Part shown: positions 15,245-23,784 of the stretch, in pieces
Layout: the number at the start of each line of letters is the position of its first letter
Position numbering within the stretch: the stretch's first letter is position 1
Origin: a virus
Taxonomy: Duplodnaviria > Caudoviricetes
IMG/VR virus record: IMGVR_UViG_3300037479_000376
Coordinates: 1 to 24,757 of that record
DNA: 24,757 nucleotides
Reading direction: 5' to 3' (one strand)
Translations under genes and position numbers: made by a program
The notes under the pieces: model-generated
The model's input: the letters and a program-made list of their open reading frames with translations, nothing else
Databases searched by the model: none
What the model was told of the DNA's origin: nothing

Positions 15245-16951
15245 CTACCTCACCGCGAACACGGGCGCGAGGCCCGACTGGAGGCGCCGCTCGCCGAGCG
15301 CCGCGAGGTCGTTCGCCATGATGACCGCGACCCGCGTGGGGTCGAAGCCCTCGGCGAACTCCTGCGTGATCTCGAACTTCGACCCGCGGAAGTCCTGGTT
15401 GTTGACGACCGTCGGCCGCTCGCCGGGGACGCTGCCGGCGATCCCGAACCGGCGGCGTAGCGCCTCGACGTCCCGCTTGCGCAGCGCGAAGCCCTTGGCG
15501 GACAGCTCGTCGATCGACTTGAGGAGCGTCTCTGCCTGCTTCTTGGTCTCCGACGTGACCTTGGCCGACGCCAGCTCGCGCATCTTGTAGAACGCCATCT
15601 CGCGCTCGGCGCCGAACTTCTTCATCCGCTCGACCGACGCCTTGGCGCGCTCCTCGTGCGCGCCTAGCAGCGCCTCGACGAGGTCGAAGATGCGCTGGAA
15701 GCCGGTGACGATGAGGTTCAGCACCCACACGATCGACTTCACGAACCACGCGAGCCCGCGCCCCAGCGCGCTGTCGCCGGAGAACAGGTCGGCGATCCGC
15801 TTCATGAGCGACAGCACGTTCTCGACGAGCTTGCCGACCGCCTTGCGGACGCCCTCCGAGTGCTTCCACATGCCCTCGAACGCCGACCCGATCGCGAGGA
15901 CGAGGGCCGCGAGCGGGAACAGCTTCAGCAGGCCCGTGACGAGCGGCATCAGCCCCTTGAGCCCCTGGATGAGCCCCATCGCGATCCCGGGACCGCCCGC
16001 GGCCGCCGGCAGCGCGGCGGCGGCGACGGCGCCGCGGCCCATCTTCTTCGTGAGCCCGACCAGGCCGGTGCCCGTCGCGAGCATGAGCGCCTTGTTGGCG
16101 ACCATCAGCTTGAACAGGGACGTCGCGAGCCCGAGGATCGTCTCCATGTTCCGGGCGAGGAACTCCCCGAACGCCTGCGCGGCCGGCGCCCACTCCTTCA
16201 TGCGCTCGCTGATCCCGCGGAACACCTTGGTGAACGCCGGCAGGACGGCCTTGTAGATCGTGCCGACCACCTCCTGCCAGGCGTCGGACATCTCGCGGCG
16301 CGCCTTCTGCATCTCCAGGAAGCTCTTGAGCGCCGAGTCGGTGACCAGGTCGGAGTCGGTCAGCGTCTCGTCCATCATCCGCTGCATCTCGCCGCGGCCG
16401 CGCTGGAGCACCGCCATCAGTTTCCCGGCCTCGCGGATCGGGATCCCGAACCGCTTGACGAGATCGGTGACGCCGACCTTCTGCTGCTGGACGGCGTCGG
16501 CCATCTGGAGCAGCATCTGCTGCGGGCCCGCCTTGATGTCGATCCCGACCTGCTTGAAGAACCGCGCCGAGTCCTCGCCGGCGCCAGCGACCTCGCCCAT
16601 CGCGCCGGACAGGACGTCGGCCGACTTCGTCATGCGGATGAGCAGGCGCTCGGAGGACACGAGCGACACGCCCGACAACTCGAGCGCGTCGAGCATCGAG
16701 TGCGCCTGCGCGGCGCCCATGCCGGTCACGGCCTGCACGCGCTCGATCGTCTCGTAGAGCTGCTGCGTCTCGACGACGGCTTTGCCGATCCCGAACGCGC
16801 CCGCGATCCCGCCGATGCGGGCGGCCCAGCCGACCATCCCCTGGAACGTCTGCCGCAGCCGCCCGGCCTGACCCTGGATCGCGCGCAGCGGGCCGGTCGC
16901 CCGGTCGACGACCTGGATCCGGTCCTCCACGACGTTGGTGATGTCGGCCAC
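15245..16951 (-). CDS. Tape measure protein (568 aa)
   Basis: Follows the chaperones. Helical Ala/Gly/Met-rich sequence with N-terminal VVDRATGPLRAI and central hydrophobic segments. Confidence 0.88.
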   Translation of the reverse strand: MADITNVVEDRIQVVDRATGPLRAIQGQAGRLRQTFQGMVGWAARIGGIAGAFGIGKAVVETQQLYETIERVQAVTGMGAAQAHSMLDALELSGVSLVSSERLLIRMTKSADVLSGAMGEVAGAGEDSARFFKQVGIDIKAGPQQMLLQMADAVQQQKVGVTDLVKRFGIPIREAGKLMAVLQRGRGEMQRMMDETLTDSDLVTDSALKSFLEMQKARREMSDAWQEVVGTIYKAVLPAFTKVFRGISERMKEWAPAAQAFGEFLARNMETILGLATSLFKLMVANKALMLATGTGLVGLTKKMGRGAVAAAALPAAAGGPGIAMGLIQGLKGLMPLVTGLLKLFPLAALVLAIGSAFEGMWKHSEGVRKAVGKLVENVLSLMKRIADLFSGDSALGRGLAWFVKSIVWVLNLIVTGFQRIFDLVEALLGAHEERAKASVERMKKFGAEREMAFYKMRELASAKVTSETKKQAETLLKSIDELSAKGFALRKRDVEALRRRFGIAGSVPGERPTVVNNQDFRGSKFEITQEFAEGFDPTRVAVIMANDLAALGERRLQSGLAPVFAVR

Positions 16952-16954
16952 CGG

Positions 16955-17230
16955 CTAGCCCCCGCCCGACGCCGCGCCCTCGCGCATCGCGTCGGCCTCG
17001 TCGGCCATCAGCCCGCCGACCGCGGCGGCGAGCCCGTACAGGTCGCGGATCGGCGTGTGCCACAGCTCGGCGGCGGGCTGGTGCCCGTACCGGCACAGGA
17101 ACGCGATCAGCTTGTACAGGTTCACCTCGAACTCCGGGAACTCCTGGGCGACGGCCAGCGCGTAGGCGGACGGGTCGACGACCTGGCTGGCCGCGCCTAC
17201 ACCTTCACGCGCCGGCTCGCCAGAAAACTG
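16955..17230 (-). CDS. Frameshift extension of the chaperone (gpT-like; gpGT fusion 17607..16955)
   Basis: Open -1 frame overlapping the chaperone end, with no convincing start of its own. LIAFLCRYGHQPAAELWHTPIRDL resembles gpT-type tails. Confidence 0.75.
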   Translation of the reverse strand, partial: QFSGEPAREGVGAASQVVDPSAYALAVAQEFPEFEVNLYKLIAFLCRYGHQPAAELWHTPIRDLYGLAAAVGGLMADEADAMREGAASGGG

Positions 17231-17607
17231 CGGGTGGCTTCCGCCGGCGCGGCGTGTAGGTCCACGTACCCGGACTGCACGAGCTGCCGCACCGCCGGGT
17301 GCATCCGGTTCCACCACTCGTCGGCCGAGCCGTCGTCGAGCCGGACGGGCTCGTCGTTGACCTCGGCGATCGCCGCCTTCGCCAGCTCGTCGGTCATCTT
17401 CATGGGGTCGTCCCCGCAGCGCTTGTAGACCATCTGCATTTCGCGCGGCGTCAGCAGGCGCAGCGCGATGCTGCGGATGCCGCGCGCCTGCTCGGCCATG
17501 TCGGCGGGGACGTCGTAGACGTACAGCTCGCGGACCTGCCCGGCCTTGAAGTCGGCGGCCCGCTTGACGATCTCGTCGCCGCTCTCGGCGGTCGCTCTCG
17601 CGGTCAT
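17197..17607 (-). CDS. Tail assembly chaperone (lambda gpG-like)
   Basis: 136 aa between tube and tape measure, SD CAGGAGG, with a T-run near the 3' end. Confidence 0.8.
   Translation of the reverse strand: MTARATAESGDEIVKRAADFKAGQVRELYVYDVPADMAEQARGIRSIALRLLTPREMQMVYKRCGDDPMKMTDELAKAAIAEVNDEPVRLDDGSADEWWNRMHPAVRQLVQSGYVDLHAAPAEATRSFLASRRVKV
17221..17230 (-). other. Putative -1 ribosomal frameshift site C-AGT-TTT-CTG
   Basis: AGT and TTT are rare codons in this GC3-rich sequence and create a TTTT run exactly within the two-frame overlap. Confidence 0.65.
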
Positions 17608-17627
17608 GGTTCAGCCCTCCTGGTGGA

Positions 17628-18062
17628 TCACGCGGCCGACAGCCGGAAGTCCTCGGCCTCGAAGTCGAGGCTCACCATGCCGTAGTCCGACCGGCTGCCG
17701 AACGCGATCGGCAGCTCGCCGAAGAACACCTGCGGGATGGTGATGAGCGCGCGCTCGCCGCTGGGGAAGTTGAGCGTCGCCTTCATCGCGATGCGCGTCC
17801 CCGGCTCGCGCCGGCGCGCGCGGTCGATGATCGCGCGGAACAGCGTGATCACCTCGGGGTTCTCGAAGTGGAGTTCCGCCCGGCCGCGCACGCCGCGGTA
17901 GATGTCGTCGCGCCGGTCGGTCGTCTCGCCCAGGTATCCCTCGCGCAGGATCTCCATCTGCGCGGCGATCTCCATGGACCGGATGTCGGTCGTGTTGTCG
18001 ACGGGCTCGCCGTCGATGACGAAGATCATCTCGACTTCCTGGCCCTTGATCCTCTGCGCCAT
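17628..18062 (-). CDS. Tail tube protein (144 aa)
   Basis: SD CAGGAGG. Size and beta-rich pattern fit a myophage tube. Lies directly before the chaperones and tape measure. Confidence 0.8.
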   Translation of the reverse strand: MAQRIKGQEVEMIFVIDGEPVDNTTDIRSMEIAAQMEILREGYLGETTDRRDDIYRGVRGRAELHFENPEVITLFRAIIDRARRREPGTRIAMKATLNFPSGERALITIPQVFFGELPIAFGSRSDYGMVSLDFEAEDFRLSAA

Positions 18063-18076
18063 GTGCTTGCCTCCTG

Positions 18077-18122
18077 AAAACGACGAAGGGCGCGCGGCCC
18101 CGGTGGGGGACCCGCACGCCCT
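18077..18122 (-). terminator. Intrinsic terminator/attenuator-like hairpin directly before the tube RBS
   Basis: AGGGCGTGCGG-GT-CCCC-CACC-GGGG-CCGCGCGCCCT (11-bp stem with one G-U pair, 2-nt bulge, 4-bp stem) followed by TCGTCGTTTT. The U-tract is interrupted. Confidence 0.45.
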
Positions 18123-18147
18123 ATCCCGCCCGCCGGCGGTGAAGCGA

Positions 18148-18169
18148 CCGGGGGAGCCGACTCCCCCGG
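18148..18169 (-). other. Perfect 9-bp hairpin in tube-gene leader
   Basis: CCGGGGGAG-TCGG-CTCCCCCGG on the minus strand. Confidence 0.75.
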
Positions 18170-18179
18170 GGACGATCCG

Positions 18180-18209
18180 AGGCTAGCGCGGCCGGGCCGG
18201 CGCCGTCAA
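18180..18209 (-). promoter_or_regulatory. Sigma70-type promoter upstream of tail tube gene
   Basis: TTGACG (18209-18204), 18-nt spacer, TAGCCT (18185-18180), located in the only long intergenic gap of the window. Confidence 0.6.
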
Positions 18210-18217
18210 GCGGGGGC

Positions 18218-18409
18218 CTACAGGTTAGCGACGACCCACGCGCGGACGGCGTCGTGAACGTCGTCCCCGCGCAGGTAGTTCGCCTGGACCGCTTCCCGGG
18301 CGACGGCGGCGAGGTCGTCGAGCCTGGCGTCGACCGCGGCCTGGGCGGCCGCCGGCTGGGCCCCGCCATCGACGAGGACCTGGACCGCGAACGCGCGCAG
18401 CGTCTGCAC
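18218..18409 (-). CDS. Small hypothetical protein (63 aa)
   Basis: GTG start overlaps the upstream TAG by one base, with SD CAGGAGG just upstream. Normal codon usage. Confidence 0.65.
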   Translation of the reverse strand: MQTLRAFAVQVLVDGGAQPAAAQAAVDARLDDLAAVAREAVQANYLRGDDVHDAVRAWVVANL

Positions 18410-20346
18410 TACAGCACCTCCTGGTAGCCCAGGCAGAACACGTCGGTTATCCCGCCGACGCCGGCGTTGATGTACCGCAGCTGCGGGACGCCGTTAGTGA
18501 GCAGGTCGGCGACGACCTGGTTGCCGGCCAGGACGGTCAGCTCCGGCGCGACGGACGGGTTGCTGGGCAATCCAGACGCGAAGCTGGCGTCCTGGACGGC
18601 GGCCCGCAGGTCGAAGCGCGCGACGAACGTGACCGCGCCGACGGCCGTGTCGAACGGCACGACGTCGCTCAGGTCGATGTTGGTATCGACGACCGCGGCG
18701 CCGGCGGCGAGCACCTGACGGTTGGCCTCGTCGTCGAGGTAGTGGACCCAGCGGACGGAGCCGAGGTTGCCCTCGCCGGCGGTGAACGGCGCCTGGATGA
18801 CGGGGCCCTGCGTGAACGGGACGAACGCGCCCGTGCCGCGCCGGGCCGACCCGATCCGGCGGAAGCGGTCGTAGCCGGACGGCAGCGTCGGCGCGGCGTA
18901 GCTCGTCGAGAACAGCGCCGCGACCGGGTTGACCCCGGTCGAGTCCGCGATGACGTAGACGAAATACCAGGTGTCGTTGGCGACGACGCCGGTGTCCAGG
19001 CCGTTGGCGCCCGACGTCGTGACGTCCGGGTCGAGCGACGCGGTCAGCACGATGTCGCTGCGGTCGGTCGAGTCGCGGCAGCGCCCGGCGTGGACGCGGA
19101 CCGTGTCGCCGGCGCTGAGCGCCTGGACGGGCAGCCGCTCGATGTAGCCGGTCGGCAGCGCCTTGCGCAGCAGGTAGCCGACGACCGCCCAGTCGCTCGA
19201 GCCGTCGGCGACGAGGATCGCGCCGGCGCCGCGGACCGGGAACGTGGCCGTGCTGCCGTCGACCGTCTGGCCGGGGAAGGGGTCTAGCTCGACGTCGCCC
19301 AGGCCGCTGGTCTCGACGACGACGAGCGTGCGCGACTTGCGGCCCGCCGCCGACGGTAGCGGCTGCGTGATCGTCCCGGCGCTGGCGTCGTAGCGCAGCA
19401 GCTTCGACGGGATGTCGAGCGTCGCCGCCGAGAACGGGCCGATCGCCACCGACGTCGGCTCCACGTACCACAGCCCGAAGGTGAGCGGCGCGATCGTCCC
19501 GCCGAACCCGGTCTGGTCGGCCTCGAAGTACCCGCCGCTGTCGAGCAGGTCGATGCTGACCGTCTGCCCCGACGCGGGGCCAACGATGGCGTCGCCGAGC
19601 CGGGTGCCCTCGTGGATCGCGATCGTCAGGTCGCTGTCGGTCCTGAGCCACGGCGCCGCGAAGAAGCTGTTGACGAGCGTGAACCGCAGCCGCGCCAGGA
19701 CGCCGGCGACCGGGACGACGCCGGCGACGTCGAAGAACGGCTCGGTGTTCGATAGCCCGATGAACACGCAGTTGTCGAAGTCGAGCCGGTCGCCGTCGGC
19801 GACGTCGTCGTTGATCGGCGCCGTGGTGTTGTCCCACGCGAAGGCTATGTTCCGCGCCGCCCGGAAGTTGGCGAAGACGACGCCGTCGTGGAGCGCGAGG
19901 ATGGTGGCGAACGGCTGGCCCGCGCCCTCGAGCACGACGCCGTCCATGTCCCAGGTCCCGAGCGGCGGCTCGAAGAACGTGAGCGGCGGCAGCAGCCCGA
20001 AGTCGAGGAGCACCGACTTCGGCCCGTCGACCGCGGCGACGGCCGCCATGAGTGACGGCCAGTCGTCGTAGACGTTCAGGCCCGGGGTCCCGCCGGGCCG
20101 GAGTACGAAGCCGGCGCGCGGCTCGGCGACGCCGTCCGGCGACTCGGCGAGGTCGACCGGGTTGGCGTCGGGGACGTCGTCGACCTGGAGGATCGACTCG
20201 ACGTTCTCGGCTCCGCCCAGCGCGTCGATCGCCTCGGCGGCGGTCATGTCGACGACGGCGGTGCGGCCCGGGGCGAGCAGCCGGCTGAGCGGGGCCGGCA
20301 GCGTGATCGGCACGCCCGCGATGTTCCTGATCGCCGCCTTCGCCAT
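18409..20346 (-). CDS. Multidomain tail-fibre/adhesin-like virion protein (645 aa)
   Basis: Good codon pattern. Contains fibre-type modules: YDASAGTITQPLP...TVDG...ADGSSDW and AGRCRDST...NGLDTG...TWYFVYVI...PTLPSGYDRFRRIGS. Confidence 0.65.
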   Translation of the reverse strand: MAKAAIRNIAGVPITLPAPLSRLLAPGRTAVVDMTAAEAIDALGGAENVESILQVDDVPDANPVDLAESPDGVAEPRAGFVLRPGGTPGLNVYDDWPSLMAAVAAVDGPKSVLLDFGLLPPLTFFEPPLGTWDMDGVVLEGAGQPFATILALHDGVVFANFRAARNIAFAWDNTTAPINDDVADGDRLDFDNCVFIGLSNTEPFFDVAGVVPVAGVLARLRFTLVNSFFAAPWLRTDSDLTIAIHEGTRLGDAIVGPASGQTVSIDLLDSGGYFEADQTGFGGTIAPLTFGLWYVEPTSVAIGPFSAATLDIPSKLLRYDASAGTITQPLPSAAGRKSRTLVVVETSGLGDVELDPFPGQTVDGSTATFPVRGAGAILVADGSSDWAVVGYLLRKALPTGYIERLPVQALSAGDTVRVHAGRCRDSTDRSDIVLTASLDPDVTTSGANGLDTGVVANDTWYFVYVIADSTGVNPVAALFSTSYAAPTLPSGYDRFRRIGSARRGTGAFVPFTQGPVIQAPFTAGEGNLGSVRWVHYLDDEANRQVLAAGAAVVDTNIDLSDVVPFDTAVGAVTFVARFDLRAAVQDASFASGLPSNPSVAPELTVLAGNQVVADLLTNGVPQLRYINAGVGGITDVFCLGYQEVL

Positions 20347-20349
20347 CGG

Positions 20350-22347
20350 CTACGCCGCTTCGACGTTCAGCACGCCGAGCCCGATCTCGGTCTGAGCGAC
20401 GATGACGTCCGCGGTCGGGATCATCTCCCAGCGCGAGATGACGACGAAGATCCCGCGCTTCTCGAGCGCCGGCGTGTTGCCCGACTTCACGTCGATCTGG
20501 AACGCGCGGATGCGCTGCGCCGCCGGGTTATTCTCCGACAGCAGCTCGTCGCCGAACGCCTCGTGCTCGGCCTGGACCTCGTCGCGCAGGGCGTTAGTGA
20601 CCGGCAGCTTCGAGTAGAACACGAGCCGCTCGGCGAGCGAGTCCTGGATGAAGTCCGCGAACCGGCGCCGGTTGATGTTCTTCTCCCCCGACGTGAGGGA
20701 CGTCGTGACGCCCGACTGGAAGATCGGGCCGACCCGCCGGTCGATGCGCAGGCCGCAGATCCCGCGCTGCCGGAGCAGGATGTACTCGTTGATCCCCAGG
20801 TCGGACACGCCGCGCTGGATCCCGAGGATCGGGGCGAGCACGGTGGCGACCGGGTCGCGGGCCTGGCCGGGGTTCCGCTCGGGCGCGAGGTTCGACAGCA
20901 CGGCGGCGAGCCAGCCGTCGCCTGACACGTCGAGGATGCCGTCCTCGGTGGTCATGCCGTCGGCCGTCCCGATCGAGATGCCGCTGGCCTCGGGTACGAA
21001 CGTCAGCACGCCCGGCCACGAGTAGTCGACGCGCTCGGCGCGGTTCGCGCCGACGCCCGGGGCGGCGTCGCCCGTGACCGTCGCCAGCAGCAGCTCGTCG
21101 AGTTCGGGCGACGCGATCGCGGTCCGGCCGCGTCCCACGCCCGACGACGCGAGCACGTGCGACTTGAGCTTGGAGCGGATCGTGTTCGACTTCCGCGCCG
21201 CCCACAGGATGTTGACGTCGCGCGCCGGTAGCTCCTCGGTCAGCAGCGAGTCGATCGCCAGGTCGTAGAGCGCGTCGATCGAGGCGTGGTTCGCCGCGTT
21301 CGGGGCCTGCACGTTCGCGTCGAACGCGAGCCCGGTCGTCGGGTCGGTGCGCGCGGCGAGCCCCGAGAGCGGGTCGGCCGTCGTCGCCGTGAGCGCCGGA
21401 GGCGTCACGCTCGGCACCAGGTCGATGTCCACCGGGATGGTGGCGTCGAGCGGCCGCGCGGGGACGCGGTAGCCGGCCGCCTCGCCGATCGAGTTGATCG
21501 GGCCCGAGTCCGCGACGGCGCCGCGGTGGATGCGCCACGGCCGGGCCGCGAGCGTCAGGAACGCGAACCCGGTGCCGTTCATGCGCTCGACGGTGAGGTC
21601 GGTCGGGGAACCGCTCGAGGCGTCCGCGAACACGCGGTAGGTGTCGGCGTTGGCGTTGGCGCCGATGACGTCGAGTACCAGGATGTCGCCCTTCTTGACG
21701 CCCACGGTCCCGTCGGGGCGGGCGACGGTGGCGAAGTTCGAGCCAGGCGACGAGAACACCTGCGTGCCCGCCGGCGCGGCGGCCACCGTCGAGCCGTCGA
21801 CGCCGGACGTGAACGCGACCTCGTCGTCGAATACGACGCGCTGGGCGTTGTTGACGCGGGCGCCCGTCGACGCCCGCTTGAATTCGCGGCCCGCCTCGAC
21901 GACGGCGCCCACGACGGGAACGACCGGCGTGGCGTTGGTCGCCGACGTCGCGCCCGGCAGCTTGCGGAACACGCGGTAGCCGTGCGCCGACGCCAGGTTG
22001 ATCGGGACGACGACCAGCCGCGAGAACTTCTTGTTGCGCAGCTCGACGAAGCCGTTGCCCATGTCCGAGCCGAACTTACCGATCGACTTGTCGAAGCCGC
22101 CGACCTTCTCGAGCATGTCCTGCGTCGAGAACAGCTCGACGGGGTGACCTTTGGTCGTGACGACGCCGGTGGCGCTGATGTCGACCCCGAAGCTCACGTC
22201 CGGGAACTCGCCGACCAGGCACGCGACGCCGACGCCGACGCCCTCGATCGCGCCCGGCGGCGGCAGGTCGATGATCGCGACGCCCTCGATCTGCGCCAGG
22301 ACTTCGGCGCCGGGGAATGATCCGAACCTTCTCACGAAGCCCGGCAC
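20350..22347 (-). CDS. Contractile tail sheath protein (~665 aa)
   Basis: Strong SD GAGGAGGT then GTG at 22347 (MPGFVRRF). N-terminal GVAIID...IEGVGVGVACLVG and C-terminal GVTT...NINRRRFADFIQDSL...N..LR match sheath signatures. Confidence 0.9.
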   Translation of the reverse strand: MPGFVRRFGSFPGAEVLAQIEGVAIIDLPPPGAIEGVGVGVACLVGEFPDVSFGVDISATGVVTTKGHPVELFSTQDMLEKVGGFDKSIGKFGSDMGNGFVELRNKKFSRLVVVPINLASAHGYRVFRKLPGATSATNATPVVPVVGAVVEAGREFKRASTGARVNNAQRVVFDDEVAFTSGVDGSTVAAAPAGTQVFSSPGSNFATVARPDGTVGVKKGDILVLDVIGANANADTYRVFADASSGSPTDLTVERMNGTGFAFLTLAARPWRIHRGAVADSGPINSIGEAAGYRVPARPLDATIPVDIDLVPSVTPPALTATTADPLSGLAARTDPTTGLAFDANVQAPNAANHASIDALYDLAIDSLLTEELPARDVNILWAARKSNTIRSKLKSHVLASSGVGRGRTAIASPELDELLLATVTGDAAPGVGANRAERVDYSWPGVLTFVPEASGISIGTADGMTTEDGILDVSGDGWLAAVLSNLAPERNPGQARDPVATVLAPILGIQRGVSDLGINEYILLRQRGICGLRIDRRVGPIFQSGVTTSLTSGEKNINRRRFADFIQDSLAERLVFYSKLPVTNALRDEVQAEHEAFGDELLSENNPAAQRIRAFQIDVKSGNTPALEKRGIFVVISRWEMIPTADVIVAQTEIGLGVLNVEAA

Positions 22348-23069
22348 GGGATACCTCCTCTGTGCGAGAACCACTCCATCGGCGTTTTGTCGTGCTTCTC
22401 GAAGTTACACGACGAGCACGCAGGAACGAGGTTGTCGATCTCGTGCAGCCCACCGCGCGACAGCGGCAGCACGTGATCGATCGTGTCGGCGTCGGCGCCG
22501 CAGTAGACGCACTTCCCGTCGTACACGGCGATCATCCGGCGGAGTTGCGCGGTCGTCACGCCGGGGCCGACGACGGCGCGACCGTGGCGCCGGCGGTCCG
22601 CCGCGCGCTTGCGCATCCGGTGCTCGTCCGGGTGGCGTTTCTGGTACGCCCGCACGACGGCGATGCACCGTTCGCGGTATTTCGCGTAGGCGTCGCGACC
22701 TTCGCACGTCGAACAGATGGCGCGCACGCCGCCGGCCATGTCGGGTTGGCGTCCATACTTCGCGAGCGGCTTCCACGCGCCGCACGACGAGCAGACCTTC
22801 CCGTCGACGCCGTCGCGCGAGACGACCGGGTGCTTGTGCTTGCCACGCCGGATCGTGCCCGTCGCCGCGCGCGCCGCGAACATCGCCCGCGTCTCGTCGC
22901 TCAGTTCGCGCAGTTCGCGCCGGAGCCCCAACTTGTGGGCGCGGTGGTAGACGGCGCCGCGGCCGCGCCCGGGAAGGGCCTCGGCGATCTCGGCCCAGGG
23001 CGCCGCCGGATAGAGCCGCCGCAGCGCCTCGTCCTCGTGCCAGCTCCAGGTACGCATCGCGGTCCCCAT
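22332..23069 (-). CDS. Free-standing HNH endonuclease with N-terminal Myb-like HTH and zinc ribbon
   Basis: C-terminal CVYC...DHVLPLSRGG...NLVPACSSCNFEK HNH motif; central CSSC...CSTC zinc ribbon; N-terminal WSWHEDEALRRLY...EIAEAL..R...AV..RA.KLGL helical DNA-binding-like motif. Confidence 0.92.
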   Translation of the reverse strand: MGTAMRTWSWHEDEALRRLYPAAPWAEIAEALPGRGRGAVYHRAHKLGLRRELRELSDETRAMFAARAATGTIRRGKHKHPVVSRDGVDGKVCSSCGAWKPLAKYGRQPDMAGGVRAICSTCEGRDAYAKYRERCIAVVRAYQKRHPDEHRMRKRAADRRRHGRAVVGPGVTTAQLRRMIAVYDGKCVYCGADADTIDHVLPLSRGGLHEIDNLVPACSSCNFEKHDKTPMEWFSHRGGIPCRAS

Positions 23070-23070
23070 C

Positions 23071-23784
23071 CTAGCACTCCCCCGCTTCGACCTGCACGTC
23101 CGCGCGCACCTCGAGCAGCGGCAGCGAGACCGGGCGCACGACCGGGACCTGGGCGGCGACGCGCAGGGTGGCGCGCCTCCAGCGGTGGATCGCGGTCGCG
23201 TCGTCGTCCTGGTTCTGCCCGGTGAGCAGCTCGTAGTCGGCGTGCATGCCGTGGTAGTGGGGCAGCACCAGGCGCGCGCCGTACATGAACTCGACCGGGG
23301 ACAGGGCGTCCTCGAGCATGGCGCGCAGCGCCGCGCGCTCCTCCTTGTCGGTCGCCCACGCTTCCAGTAGCAGCGTCAGCCTGTACTCCGAGCGGGTGAC
23401 GAGGTAGACGCCGGGGTCGTCGATCGGCGAGATCAGGTCCGCGCGCGCCGGCCGCGGCGTGAACCGCGAGGCGTCGTAGGTCCCCTGCCCCTCGCCGTAG
23501 ACGGCGGCGCGCGGGTAGTCGGCTCCGTCCTCGGGCTCGGCGTAGTTCTCGACGACGGCGGCGAAGCGGACGTCCCGGCCGCCCCAGTCGATCGACAGGC
23601 CGGCCACGTACTCGGCCAGGCCGCGGACGAGAGCCGTGTGCGCGTCGGTGTCGCGGCGCGACGTCAGCACCTGCTGCGTGCGCGGGTCGGCGATCAGCGC
23701 GACGGCGGACGCCGGCGCCGGCGGCTCGGCCGCCCTCGAGAAGTCGGGCTCGACCCGGCGGGCGTTGGGGAAGCGCACGCTCAT
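23071..23784 (-). CDS. Putative tail terminator / tail completion protein (~237 aa)
   Basis: Start MSVRFPN overlaps the upstream stop (ATGA). YPRAAV...LTLLLEAWATDKEERAALRAMLEDAL is typical of tail terminators. Lies just before the sheath. Confidence 0.6.
   Translation of the reverse strand: MSVRFPNARRVEPDFSRAAEPPAPASAVALIADPRTQQVLTSRRDTDAHTALVRGLAEYVAGLSIDWGGRDVRFAAVVENYAEPEDGADYPRAAVYGEGQGTYDASRFTPRPARADLISPIDDPGVYLVTRSEYRLTLLLEAWATDKEERAALRAMLEDALSPVEFMYGARLVLPHYHGMHADYELLTGQNQDDDATAIHRWRRATLRVAAQVPVVRPVSLPLLEVRADVQVEAGEC

Noticed and set aside
11805-17096. Long alternate-frame minus-strand ORFs (11805-13766, 15195-17096) and the N-terminal extensions of 12083-15031, 10593-11771, 23071-24087, 23781-24497
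   Set aside because: Arg/Pro-rich off-frame readings. True starts are marked by stop/start overlaps.
22332-23069. HNH as part of an intron, intein or RNA-guided (IscB/HEARO-like) element
   Set aside because: No flanking non-coding space, no split host gene, and no RuvC or splicing motifs.
415-23073. Genome-wide TAG reassignment (alternative genetic code)
   Set aside because: No gene is interrupted internally by TAG, and several TAG stops (10593, 15245, 18409, 23071) are followed by out-of-frame genes. Only leaky readthrough remains possible.
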